Source: Tubulanus polymorphus
Taxonomy: Eukaryota; Animalia; Nemertea
DNA length: 64,000 nucleotides
NCBI RefSeq assembly: GCF_964204645.1
Contig: NC_134031.1
Span: 6,634,001-6,698,000, forward strand
Direction: 5' to 3'
Shown: piece by piece, positions 11,392 to 24,423 of the stretch
How positions within the stretch are numbered: position 1 is the first letter of the stretch
Layout: the number at the start of each line of letters is the position of its first letter
Translations under genes and position numbers: made by a program
Notes under the pieces: generated by a model
Told to the model about the DNA's origin: nothing
The model's database searches: none
The model's input: the letters and a program-made list of their open reading frames with translations, nothing else

Positions 11392-12462
11392 AACAGCATC
11401 TTTTAATTTCATATATTGTGACTATAAAAATGAGTGAAAATATATTAAACTTATTACATCTAATATATAAAAATCAACAGAATATTAAATCAATTATTAT
11501 GCTTACAGGTTTATTTTCTTTTTCAATTTATAGTATAAAACAGTTGTTAGAATTTTATGATTCTTGTAAAATTAGATATACAGAATTGAAAGATAATATA
11601 GATTATATTTCAGATAGATTGAATAATATTAAGTGTTGTGAAATTTGTCATAAAAGATATAAAAATAAAAAGAGTTTGAGAAATCATTAATATATTCATG
11701 AATTAGATGATAAACTGTATAATTCAAATTAAGCAATAGACTGTTAAATTGGTTGAAATATATAAAAATAGACTATTTCTATACTGAGATTAATGATTTA
11801 TATTTATAATTTTTATAAAAACTAATTTATATATCTATGTACTAGACGTACGAGTAAGAAAGTAAGATTCTTGCCAAGAAAGTAAGAATCTTGGATTATT
11901 GGATTCTTACTCGTACGTCTAGTACATAGATATATAAATAGTTTTATCATATATATTTCTGTTTCAATATTTATTTATCTCACAGATTTATTATAAACAT
12001 TTGGAAAAGTATAAATCATATTCAATTATATATTTACATTTATCATTAATAAAAGAGTATTACAATGAATCCATAAGATTGTTAAACTGTTTAAGTATTA
12101 AATTGTGTACATTGTATACTCATAATAAATCACGAATAAGACTGTTAGATTAGCTGAAATGTATGAAATATGGTATGAAATATTAGTTAACCAAAAAAGG
12201 GGGTTGAGGTATCAATGTATTAAATACATATCAAATACGTATTAATGGTATTAAATACGTATTAATGTATTAAACACATATTATGCGCAAAGAAATTCAT
12301 TGAATTATGGGACAATGACCCAAATAATCAACAATACATTGAATCTTCATAAAGTGGTTGAGAAATTACATAAATCTGTGAAGATATATAATATTTCAAA
12401 TAAGACCCCCTTATGTCTTTATTGTCTTTAGTAGTTTTAGTACTTTTAGTACATAAAGAATA

Positions 12463-13735
12463 AATATTTATTTTATTAGTACTTAGATTTTTATTTTTCA
12501 ACTACTAATGATATAAAGATTTATTCTTATGTACTAAAAGTACTAAAGACATAAAGACACAGGGGTGTCTTATTTGAAATAAACCCTATATCTTCACAGA
12601 TTTATCATATTATATATTTTTAACTAATATAACTTATATTTTAACTCTGATAAAGGTATAAATTATATTCAAATATATATATTAATTTTATAGTAATTCT
12701 ATGAATCTATCAGGTGAATATTTTTATTCTTTACACAGCACTAAATTATGATAAAATTCTTTAGATTGATACTCACTGTTTTAAATATGAATTATTTCAC
12801 TCGTTAATTACTCGTTACTTTTTATAACAAAATTTTTATTAAAACTCATTCAAATATAAATATTCACTGTTTTAAATATGAATTATTTCACTCGTTAATT
12901 ACTCGTTACTTTTTATGTTAAAAAATAAGAATTTAACGCACATAAATATAAATATTCACTGTTTTAAATATGAATTATTTCACTCGTTAATTACTCGTTA
13001 CTTTTTATATTATTTCACTCATTATTCTTATTTCTAATATGACTTAATAATATCACTTTTAAATGCTTCGGTTATCTCAATATCTTTTTTATTATCTAAT
13101 ATTTATTTTATTAGTACTTAGATTTTTATTTTTCAACTACTAATGATATAAAGATTTATTCTTATGTACTAAAAGTACTAAAGACATAAAGACACAGGGG
13201 TGTCTTATTTGAAATAAACCCTATATCTTCACAGATTTATCATATTATATATTTTTAACTAATATAACTTATATTTTAACTCTGATAAAGGTATAAATTA
13301 TATTCAAATATATATATTAATTTTATAGTAATTCTATGAATCTATCAGGTGAATATTTTTATTCTTTACACAGCACTAAATTATGATAAAATTCTTTAGA
13401 TTGATACTCACTGTTTTAAATATGAATTATTTCACTCGTTAATTACTCGTTACTTTTTATAACAAAATTTTTATTAAAACTCATTCAAATATAAATATTC
13501 ACTGTTTTAAATATGAATTATTTCACTCGTTAATTACTCGTTACTTTTTATGTTAAAAAATAAGAATTTAACGCACATAAATATAAATATTCACTGTTTT
13601 AAATATGAATTATTTCACTCGTTAATTACTCGTTACTTTTTATATTATTTCACTCATTATTCTTATTTCTAATATGACTTAATAATATCACTTTTAAATG
13701 CTTCGGTTATCTCAATATCTTTTTTATTATCTAAT
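12463..13735. repeat. Near-perfect tandem duplication, period 635 bp
   Basis: ACTTAGATTTTTATT occurs at 12481 and 13116, and the sequences run in register to about 13735. Confidence 0.9.
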
Positions 13736-14200
13736 GAATTAATATATTTTCTTACATCTTCCATGTATGGTCTTTTATTGTTTAATTTATTTTTTATGCT
13801 TTTAATTGTCTTCTGTTTCTTATCATCATCTTTATCAAAATAATCTTCACCTAAAATATCATTATTCTTATTTCTAATATGACTTATAGATTTTAAATGT
13901 TCTTTATAATATCTTTTATCACTGAATGATTGATTACATGTATCACATTTGTATGTTTCTTTTTCATTCTTTCATTCATCTAATTTAGTTTCTAATATAT
14001 CATTTTTATATTCTAGTTTCAATTTATTCTCTAAATGTGTTTTAGTTTTATTGTGTCTTGCTTTTTGGGATTTATCTATATTGATATTACATGTTGGACA
14101 GTAGTACTTATTTGCTTCCATTCTAATACTAAATTTTTTATTAAAATTGATTTTAGAAGTTATTCATTTATATTTTATTCATATATATGATTATTTTAAG

Positions 14201-14603
14201 AGTAATAGGGGTAATGGGCTTTCGGGTTAAAGGTTGAATGGTCGAGTTCATTAAAAACATATATTAAAAGTAATTTAAAACTATAATATATTTTCATAAC
14301 CGTGTGTATTTCAGTTGAATAATAGAATAATTATTATTATTTGAATATATTTGATTATATGAATTTGTGTATTGTAAATAAATCAATTGGTCGCGGAGCG
14401 GAGCGGTAGCGAAGTGGAGCGACCAATTGATTTAATACAATATGCTTTTTAAATTATTGATATCTTAGAATAAATATTTAGTTATAATATAAAATACACA
14501 CGGTTATGAAAATATATTATAGTTTTTAATTACTTTTAATGTTTTGTTTTTAATGAACTCGACCGTTCGACCTTTGATCTGAAAGCCCATTACCCCTATT
14601 ACT
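14201..14603. repeat. 403-bp palindrome (foldback element end)
   Basis: AGTAATAGGGGTAATGGGCTTTC pairs with GAAAGCCCATTACCCCTATTACT; GC-rich central loop. Confidence 0.9.
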
Positions 14604-15525
14604 TGAGTCCCCCCTCGCATAGAGAGCATTGGATCATTGACTTAGAGTCCGGGTCGGGGCACGATAAGCAGCTTGACTTGGGAGACTTCGCGGGTCCATG
14701 CAACGGTAGGGGTGGCCCCGGCTTCTTCTTAAGTAGCTTTTCTAACATCTTAGGCAGATCTTCACTAAGCCAAAGGAGGTACGATGAGCCCTGCACATGT
14801 AATTTTGCAGATTTCTTAGCCGATCCCTTGTAAAGGGTTATGTGGATTGTGCCGAGGGCGTTATCATTAGAGTCGACATATGTCCCACTGAAATGGAGGC
14901 CGTGGTCACCACGGTCTATAGGGTTGCCATAATCGCTCCTTAGTTCGGATAGGAATGATTTGACACTGCTACTTGGGTCTTTGCTTGACAGGTCAATAAC
15001 TACTGACTGAGACTTTTCTGAGATATTAATCTGTTGGTTTAAAAGACCCAGTTCATTTTCTGTTGATGATTTTCGCCGTCTATCCGAGGTTGTGGTATGG
15101 CTTAAGTGTTCTCTGAGATGCACGTAAGCGCTGTTAAGTTTTTGAAATTGTGCAGTAGCATTTGGAATAACGCTGCGATCCGGGTGAGTTTCTCGTGCCA
15201 GGGAGAGGTACTTAACGCGGAGCTCGTCCAGTGTAGGCGGTTTAACGAATTGCAAAGTGTTCATGCTTACTTTTACCTCATTTCCGGGTCTTTGTATGGA
15301 CGGCGCCATTTTGAATTCCGACGATCGGTGTAGTTTCGTCACTATTTCGAGTCTACTCACGACTTAATAAGCTCTGGCGTTTCTATACTTGCATCTGTGT
15401 AAAATCGGAGTATTTAATTTAACCTCTAAGGGTTAATTTCAGTTACTTGACGGTAGTAATCGGTTAGTCTTGCACAAGATTTATAGAGCGACAAATTTCG
15501 CGGCCATGTCCTACTACAGCGCCAT
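14604..15525 (-). mobile_element. LINE-B 5' end (5'UTR plus J-domain ORF1), truncated within the PHD finger by the Polinton-type terminus
   Basis: Near-identical to 44830-45748. ORF 14599-15360 contains LARETHPDR and the start of the PHD (CLSC..MIQCSLC). Confidence 0.9.
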
Positions 15526-18500
15526 TGATTCCCATGACGGCCACTAATCAAATAGACAAAAACGAGGAGGTGTATAAAGACTTAGAAGAGTCAATCAATG
15601 ATTTAGTGCCTTCAATTCAGGAGATAGTGGGTAATACCACTACCCTTATGACCGAGTCCTCTGAACTGAGGAAATCTGTACAATCATTATTAAATGATGC
15701 GCAGTTAATTATCGCGTCATTGGAACTTTCACATACTAAAAACAGTCTGAAGCATCTTGATAATAAAATTGGTAGCCTCGGCATTGCCGCTTCAAGTTTC
15801 TCGGAGAACTGCAATACAATTTTGCAGTGCCTGAACAGTATTCAACAAGATGTCTCGAGCAACGACAAAGTTTATCGGGACTTTCTCAGTGAGACGCAGG
15901 AACTAGTACTAAAAACTCAAGATGAGGTCGTCTCACCTGGTTACTCTGTCTCCACGCGTATTGATGGCGTGGTGGATCAAATATCCAGTAAATTGGATCT
16001 TGTCTCAAGTCATGTGATTCACACCGAACGTAAATCGCATATGACGAAGCCTGATGAACCGAATCATGAAATCAACACTAATAGCGTTGATGATCGATCG
16101 GATAAATGCATTAAAGTACTGGTATGCTCTGATTCGATACTTAACAACTATGAAAGAACTATGAACTGTGAACTATGAAAGACTTACCCGTAATATCAAC
16201 GCTAGCGCGGAATCCGTGAAAACTATAGTTCGCTGGACGATCTACACCGTTTTGGTGTGAACTACAACGGAGGCCATGATATCGTAATCATTCATGTCGC
16301 CACAAATGACATTCGCCATTGTAAGAACTATGAAGAGGTGCGATATGAAGCCTGGAGGCTAGTAGCTCTAGCGTATGATTTGGCCCGAAACTCCGGCGCT
16401 CGGATTATGATCTCTGGTTTGGTACCTAGTCTTGATCGTATCATGGATGATAAGATTATTGATTTTAACATAAGTGTTCGAAGACATTTGGCTGATATCT
16501 GTGAAGCCAACATTCTGTTCTTTGTTAATGACAACCTTATAAGAAAGGGTTATCTACAGCGTCATTTATTTAGGGATGATGTTCACCTCTCATATGAAGG
16601 AACTGCAGCTGTGCTTTCTAGCAATATCATACGTGCACGTATTCATTCTAACACTGGCATTAATATCATAAGTAAACGCTAGTTCTTGTATATCTGTTTC
16701 ACTTGGGGGCTCCTGGTAGCTATTCATCTCGTGCCTCAGGTGTAGATATAAGTTCTTATTTAGACTTAATCCGAATAATGTTAAAAATCTGTAGTTGGAA
16801 TTTAAACGGGATCCTCACAGATAAATTTAGCGGTGTTCTACAGAGTAAGCTAGAATTAGTGAATATTAAATCAGAGGAAAATGATTTTATCTGTATTCAA
16901 GAAACCCACGCCCATGGATACTGTGATATTTCACTAGAAGGTTATTTTATTTTGAGGAGTGATCGAAAAAGTACAACCAAATCTAAATCTAACTCCGGGG
17001 GCATTTCTGTTTTAATAAAAAATAAGTTTAAACCTCAAATCAGATGTGTTAAAAAAACTGCTGACCATATAATTTGGGTTGAAATTGATAAAGTAGTAAC
17101 ATGTACTGATAAGAACATTTTCCTTGCTTGTATTTATATACCACCTGTAAACTCTCATGTTTACGAATCGAAAACTTTGGATATTTTCGAATTATTGTAC
17201 CAGGATATAGCCTCTTTCTCTTCTCAGAGTAGAATTCTTCTTTGCGGGGATTTCAATTCGAGAACTGGAAATTATATAGATTTTATTGATGATCAAGGTA
17301 GAGACAGTCATCTAAGTGATAATACTGGCTTTTCCATGTCGTCAGATTGCTGTAAATATAGGAGATCTCAAGATTTGATAGTAAATTCCTTTGGTCGTAA
17401 GCTTATTGACCTATGTAAGTCATGTAACCTACGAATCCTGAATGGCTGAATGCTAGGTAATCTTATAGGTAAACCAACTTGTTACAAATATAATGGATGT
17501 AGTGTGGTTGACTATTTTATTTGTGATGATGACTTAGTCAAACATGTTTTATGCACTAAAGTAGATAAACTCACTATGTTTTCTGACCACTGTAAACTTT
17601 CATTATCTATCAATACTAAGAGAAGTAATGATAAAAGTGACTTAAATAATTCTTCCACGCAAGCTTCCTCCTGTCCCCTTTTTGACAAACCCCCTAGATT
17701 CAAATGGGCAGAGGATAGCCTAAATAGTTATAAAGCTACTTTTGATGGAGAAGATGTCATCAATAAGATACAACATCTTAGTAATCTATCTGCCCAGGAC
17801 AATATCTCAAATTATCTATCCTCCTGTATAGATATTTATAACCTAGTTTCTGAATATTCTCTAAAATCAAGCCGCATTCCGATTAACAAGAACAAGAAAC
17901 ATATCATTAAACAAAAATGGTTTGATTCAGAGTGTCTGCAAGAAAGGAGAAAGATAAGATGAAAAGCACGTAAAGTTTCGTTGTCCTCTAATTCTAATAA
18001 TAACTTAATTTCGGACTTCTATTCCGCAAAGAAAAAATACAAAAAATTATTAGCGGGAAAAAAAGAGCTTTCACGGACAATTTAATAAATGACCTAAATT
18101 ATTCCAATTTGAACTCTAAGAAATTTTGGAAAAATATAAATGCTTTGCGTAATCCGCGCCAGTCGACACAATCAAATATCACCCTTAGGCAATGGGCTCA
18201 GCATTTTAAATCTTTGAGCACTCCAAATCCTATGTACCAAGACAAAATTAAATCTTTTAGTGAAACATTGATTGAACTTGAAAAAGGACAACCTATCTTT
18301 ACTCAGCTTGACTTCCAAATAACAGAAAAGGAAATTCTTGATGCTTGTAAAAACCTTAAATGTAATAAGGCATCGGGGCATGATGCAATTTTTAAAGAAA
18401 TTTTAAAGCATAGTATGCCCTCAATGTTGATACCACTCAAGAAATTGTTTAATGCTATTTTAAGCTCTGGGGAATATCCCGCTGAATGGTCAAAGGGAAT

Positions 18501-20572
18501 TATCACCCCAATTTTCACGAAAGGAAATAAAGATGATGCTAACTGTTATAGAGGTATAACCATCACTAGTTCTTTAGGAAAACTCTTCTGTCTAATTCTA
18601 AATAATCGTCTGGAATCATATATTGATACTAATAATGTTGTTTCGAAAAACCAAATTGGATTTAAGAAAATGCGCGTTGTTCTAATCATCTCTAACCATG
18701 AAGCATCTCGTAAATAAATATACCTCTAAACGGAAGCAAACATTTTATTGCGCGTTTATCGATTTCCAACGTGCTTTCGACAGTGTAATACATGATGCAT
18801 TATTTATCAAATTGATCAAAAGCGGTATTAATAGCTAGTTCTACAGAATTATTAAGAATATGTATAAAACTGCTCACTCGCAGGTTCAAAGTAACTCGTA
18901 TCTGTCAGAGTCGTTCCCTGTAAAAATAGGGGTACACCAAGGAAACATCCTGAGCCCCATGCTCTTTAATATTTTCATCAATGATATAAACTCCATTTTT
19001 ACAGGTAATGACCTTCCCACATTATGGGACATTACTGTCTCCTGTCTTATGTATGCCGATGACCTAATCCTTTTCTTCTGATCTGAAAATGGCTTGCAAA
19101 ATTCATTAAAAAATACTTTTAAAATAAATAATAATAAATTCATTGAAAAATACTGTTCTCAGAGGGGTATTAGTGTTAATGTAAATAAATCTTGTATTAT
19201 AGAGTTTAATAAATCAGGGAAGGTTAATGATGTAAATAGATATGTCTTTAAAAATGAAGTTATACCAATCCGTAAACAGTGCAACTACCTTGGTTTTACT
19301 ATCTATTATAATGGTAACTTCAAATTATCACAAGAAGTCCTTGCAAATAAGGGCTTTAGAGCTCTATTTAACCTAATCAAAATGCCTGGCTTCTACAGTT
19401 TTAGCATATCTCAACAGTTACATCTTTTTAATTCTCTTATTAAACCTATTATTACGTATGGCTCTGAAGTCTGGGGCTTCTCACCTATTATGACATACTT
19501 AAAAAACAGCTCAGAATTTAACGACATAGGTACGCAATACAATAAATATATTGCCCAAAACGTACTCTCCAGATTTTGTAGAATCATTCTAGGCCTACAC
19601 GCGAAGGCACCCAATTTACCTGTTCTTGGAGATTCGGTGTTTTTCCATTAATAATCGACATCCTCACATCATCAGTGAAATTTTGGATGGCAAATATAAC
19701 TGGTGATCGCACATCTGTTATATATAAATGTTTTCTTTAAATGTATAATGATAATCTTTTGAGGAAAAGTGAGTTTAATTATATCTCATGTATTAAAAAG
19801 TTACTGATAAATTTCAATTTAGAAGACCTGTTCGATAACTTAGGAGGGTCCAACAGTCCTGCTTCTGTCTTGCGACGTTTCAAAAATATCCTTAGGGAAA
19901 ATTTTCTTCTTGGTTGGAGTGCAGAGATTTTTAACCCCTCTCATAGAAGATATCTTTTTTATAGTAAAGTTGAAATCTCATATCAACTGGAACCATATTT
20001 GCTATTTATAAAAGACTTCAGTACAAGAAGCGCATTAGCGAAGTTACGCACCTCTTCACATAACCTACTTATAGAGAAAGGTAGACATCTAGGTATTGAT
20101 AGAGAATCCCGTTTGTGCAATATATGTCAATGTCTAGATGACGAAACACATTTCATTACAAACTGCAGCATTCACAACTTAAACAGGATCAAATTCAACT
20201 TACAGCATATGGATATATATGGTATTTCAAATATTTTTAATTGTATAGATGAAAACTCCAGCATAAGGCTTCTGTTAAACCTGGCTACTTTTACGAGATT
20301 TGGATTTAAACACATTGCATGTAAATAGTATTGTAAATAGTATTTTAAAGTACGTATAGATGTCGCCTTAAGCTCTCAGTTGCATCATCCGTCTCAACCT
20401 TGTGCTCTATTGTCATAGTTATGTTCCTATTGTATCATTTTTTGCATTTTTACTTTTCGTTTCTTTTTTTTTAAATTCCGTCTGCTTTCTTTTTTCCTTG
20501 TTTATGTTCATTGACAATCTTTGTATGTACAGATTATATGATGAATAAACTGAATTGAAATTGAAGTGAATT
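15526..20572 (+). mobile_element. LINE-A (RTEX-like) 3' portion: ORF1 coiled coil + SGNH esterase; ORF2 APE-RT-CCHC (16778-20328, disrupted); (TGAAT)n tail
   Basis: HVATND and DDVHL (SGNH); SWNLNG, IQETH, GDFNSRTG, SDH (APE); GVHQG..LSP.LF and YADD (RT); IEKGRH..CNIC..DETHF..C. AATAAA plus TGAATTGAAATTGAA tail. Confidence 0.92.
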
Positions 20573-22020
20573 CATCACACGTAACCTTTGGATCAAAATT
20601 AATATGATTGGACTGAGCGATATGTTCTGACCGTGTTGCCGGCCCATATACGCAGCGTCTCAGAATGGTTCTTGTAGGGGGACAGGCCCATTGCGCAGTT
20701 TTTCAGAATGGTTCCATACCACAGATAGGTTACTGGCAGATAGGGAGGCCCAAATGCCGCCTCTCGGAATGGCTCTGGGGGCTGCCGATGCGTGCGTTCG
20801 CGGTAAATTTTATAAGAGAGCTTACAAATAGTACCATACGAATATTGGGGAAGAGTCAAATGTAAAACTTCCTACGGGGAGTGAGTCAAAGCAAAATGTA
20901 CGTACTATTAGCTCTCTATAAGTATGTCTGTATGAGAGATATCTAAAAAATAATGTCAAACAGTAATACAAAATACAGAATCCTAATATCATCGCCGAGT
21001 GACTTTCTCGGCAATTGTCAATTAATAGTCCCTCAATTTAAGCTTAATAATGCAATTCGTTGGTTGAATGACGAGGGGCCTAATGAAACGGCTGGGGCAG
21101 AATTTACGGTTAGTTATGATAGGGTTTGTACCACTGACAGGTCAGACGGGGTAGGGGAGGTGTGGGGTTGGTTCCAAGAACTCTAAACATGTGAAGTATT
21201 TAGATTTATTTCCCGGCCAATTAATGAATCATTTTCGGTAGCAAAATAAATAACAGGATTCTGCATTTATGCGCCGTCCATTGGACGGGTATTCAGCTAG
21301 TCTAGATATAAATGTGCACTACGTAAATCTTATATAGTTTGCTATAGTTGCTGGATGGTATTTCGCGAAAGAATGATTTATTAGTCTAGGTGCCACGAAT
21401 CGTACAGCTCTATCAGATATCGGTTTGTTCAAAACGCAGAAATGCAGAAACGCAGAAATTGGTGTCTTGATTCCAGGGACAATAAAGTTAAATTTAATTT
21501 TACTTTATCCAGCTCAATTTCAGTAATTTCCGTAATACCGTCTGTTGAAATTATGCAGACAGCCAAATTCACAATCGTTATGAGCCACGATGAATGAATC
21601 AAAAACGATAAGTGCCGACACGGTTTTGAAAAAATGTGTAGATTACATACCGTACTCATGAAAATCCAATCATATACTGAGAAAGTTGGAAGGGGTCCCA
21701 GAGTTTTATCCATAACCTGCAAATGTAATACTCAGCGTCTCAGGAAATCATTTACAGATGAAAAAGGAAACTCATCATATCGAAGATGTAACACTTGCTG
21801 TGGTTTTTGAAAGATTCTTTCTCTCAATTTGACACTCAAATCAATTTGCGAGCGTTCCAGCTACAGATTAACAGATATACCACGAAACTCGTGGTAATAA
21901 ATAGCCCGCTGATGAGACAAAAGCAAGCAGAGTGAGTGAGTTCGTTTGTATGCAGCTGTAGTAAAACTATGTTTGAATGCAGCTTAGGTTACTGACTACA
22001 TGCAGCTCTAATGAATCCTT

Positions 22021-22792
22021 AATTCTTCTAATTTAGTTTCTAATATATCATTATTATATTCTAATTTCAATCTATTCTCTAAGTGAGATGTAGTATTATT
22101 ATGTCTTGCTTATTGAGATGTATCTATATTGATTTTACATGTTGGACAGTAGTACTTCTTATTTGCTTCCATTTTAATATCAAATTTTTTATTAAAATTG
22201 ATTTTGTATTATTCAAAATCTATATCATGACATCCCTTTTCATTCTTACCTTTGTATATGAAATAGAAATCACCAGAACATAATTCTTCAATATCTTCAC
22301 TAGATAATCTATGAAATCTATCTGGTAGATATGTTCTGAATTTATGTTTATTTCCTTTTAACCCTTCATATTCTAAGTGAATCACTACTTTATTGCCATA
22401 TCTATTAGTAATTGTTTCAATATTTGTAATTAAATATTTCTTATGTAATGTTAATTCATTTAACTTTTTAAATTTATAATCTACAGATTTGACATTTGTA
22501 GTATCTTTTATTCTATTTAAGAATGATTTGTTGTTCTCACTGTGTACTTGTTTACTCTCAATTTAATAACAAATTTTTTATTAAAATTGATTTCATTTAT
22601 ATATTATTCATTTATATAATGTTCATTTATATATGTTATTCATTTATATATTATAGGGGTTCAGATCAGAGGTCGAGGGGGCGAGTGAGTAAAAAATGAA
22701 AAATAAATTTGAGCGTGCGAGAATTTATTTTTCATTTTTTTATGAGCTCGACCTCTCGACCTCTGGTCTGAACCCCTATATATACAATTACT
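22021..22792 (-). mobile_element. Polinton-related remnant: terminus at 22792, ~140-bp palindrome, ATAAATGAA repeats, ORF X, start of the zinc-finger ORF
   Basis: Inverted homologue of 1565-2040 that retains the palindrome (22652-22792) lost from the copy at 1565. Confidence 0.8.
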
Positions 22793-23227
22793 CACAGTAT
22801 AACATCAGGGTCCTTTCGGTTCATTATCCGGGTTCCTGCAGTAATTCTCCGCGTGAGAACGATCAGCCAACAACTCGAGGTTCGTGTGACTATGCGGTGT
22901 TTGTCTGTCCAAGCGCTGACATTTCAAACCGCTTCGAGTTGTATTCGTTAAGCCTTGATATTCACGACCTTTCTTGGTAGTTTCACATTCAGGAGCCATT
23001 CCTTTACAGAATCCTATATCGCAGTATTCCCAACGTGTATAGGGGTCCATAGTATAACACCAGGGCCCTTCAGGTTCGTCATCCGGATTCCTGCAGTAAT
23101 TCGAAGCTGTTGCCAGGTCGGGGAGCATATCGCAGTGGGCATGTTGATGAGGTGATTGAGAATTCCACGGCTGACACATTTTACCAGTTTTTGCTTGGTC
23201 CAAACTTCCCCTGTATTCTTTACCCAT
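22793..23227 (-). pseudogene. Tandem kringle fragment, inverted copy
   Basis: ORF 22805-23227 with two kringles, ending at a Trp-to-TGA stop; same insertion junction as 1564/1565. Confidence 0.85.
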
Positions 23228-23687
23228 TGTGGTGATACGTGATTAAGTTTGTAACCCAAGTACGGAGCCCCTGAGGTATGGTGGCTGATTCGGGCCATGA
23301 AAATCTCCTGTATGGCTCAACGAGGAATTTTCGCAGTGGCCCATTTTTGGTTCTCTCGCATGAGAATTCAAAACATTTTGGAAAAAGTTTTGAATTCTCT
23401 TTGAAATATCTACGAACGGTTGCCATGGTAATCGAGAAACCGAAATAAAATAAACCGAAATTTGCAACAGTCAAATGGTTTACGATTGGAAGTTCCTGCT
23501 TCTCGCAGTTTGCTTAATGTTTTGGATCTTTAAACATGTAGATTTATTCGATGATCTGAATGAACTATGAGCGAGGATGTCAATTTGCTCTAGTCGGAGT
23601 GATTGATGTTTAAGTTTAGAATAGTGATTGGTTCGTATCGCGCACTGGTGACAGCCTCCTTCAACCATATACCGAGTAGATCTTCCA

Positions 23688-24423
23688 ATGCAGACACCGC
23701 GTTCACTCTCGCTCGAAGCCATGATAGAAATGCAAAATACGACGCCGAGCCTGATCCAACTTACCGACTGTGACAAATGGCGATTGAAACCTATCCAATG
23801 GTTATATCAGTTCAGCGTCTACATTTACATCTATTTCTTTGCACCGGCAGCAATCATAAGCATAGTTTCAAATGCTTTTACTATTATCATTTTGGACAAA
23901 ATGAGAAACCGATCATATTATCTGATTAAAGCCGTGTCTATCAATGATATGCTCTACTCGCTGTTTGTGTTCATCATGTACCCTGCGAGAACGGCCCATA
24001 TTTACCGGCTTTTAGGCGACATTGTTTTTCGAATGGACGACTGGGCATTTGGAAAAGCTTTCATCAAGGTTTCCAACGGGGGCTATTACATATTCCTTCT
24101 GACTCGTAACTGGTGTGTAATGTTGTTGAGTTTTGAACGGTTGATGATCGTTATGTTTCCGCTGAAATCCCGGATATTTTGGTCAAGAAAAGTCGTCAAT
24201 TCTATATTGATTTTCATACATCTTTTCGCGTTAACGATGTATATACCCCAATATGTTCCCAGGGGGCGCTTTATCTTCATTAAGCCATGTGGTGAAAACG
24301 GACCAAGTATTTCAGTAAACAGAGGGGTTCCACTCATTATGAATCTGAAGGTCCGCCGCTTCCTATTCAATTGGAGTCAGAAAATCTTTAAGTGGACTGA
24401 ATACATTATAGCTGTTATGGTTC
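23688..24423 (+). pseudogene. GPCR copy 2, truncated in TM5 by an LTR element
   Basis: Matches the 367-aa GPCR up to IIAVMV, then switches to LTR sequence at 24424. Confidence 0.9.

Larger units (their letters stand above)
9679..14603. mobile_element. ~4.9-kb non-autonomous Polinton-related element with long inverted ends
   Basis: 9846-10500 is inverted relative to about 13400-14200 (MEANK zinc-finger ORF on both strands, TAACGAGT arrays). Partial palindrome at the left end, full palindrome at 14201-14603. Confidence 0.7.

Noticed and set aside
21420-21930. Possible transposase N-terminal remnant (also about 51910-52450)
   Set aside because: No motif could be identified with confidence.
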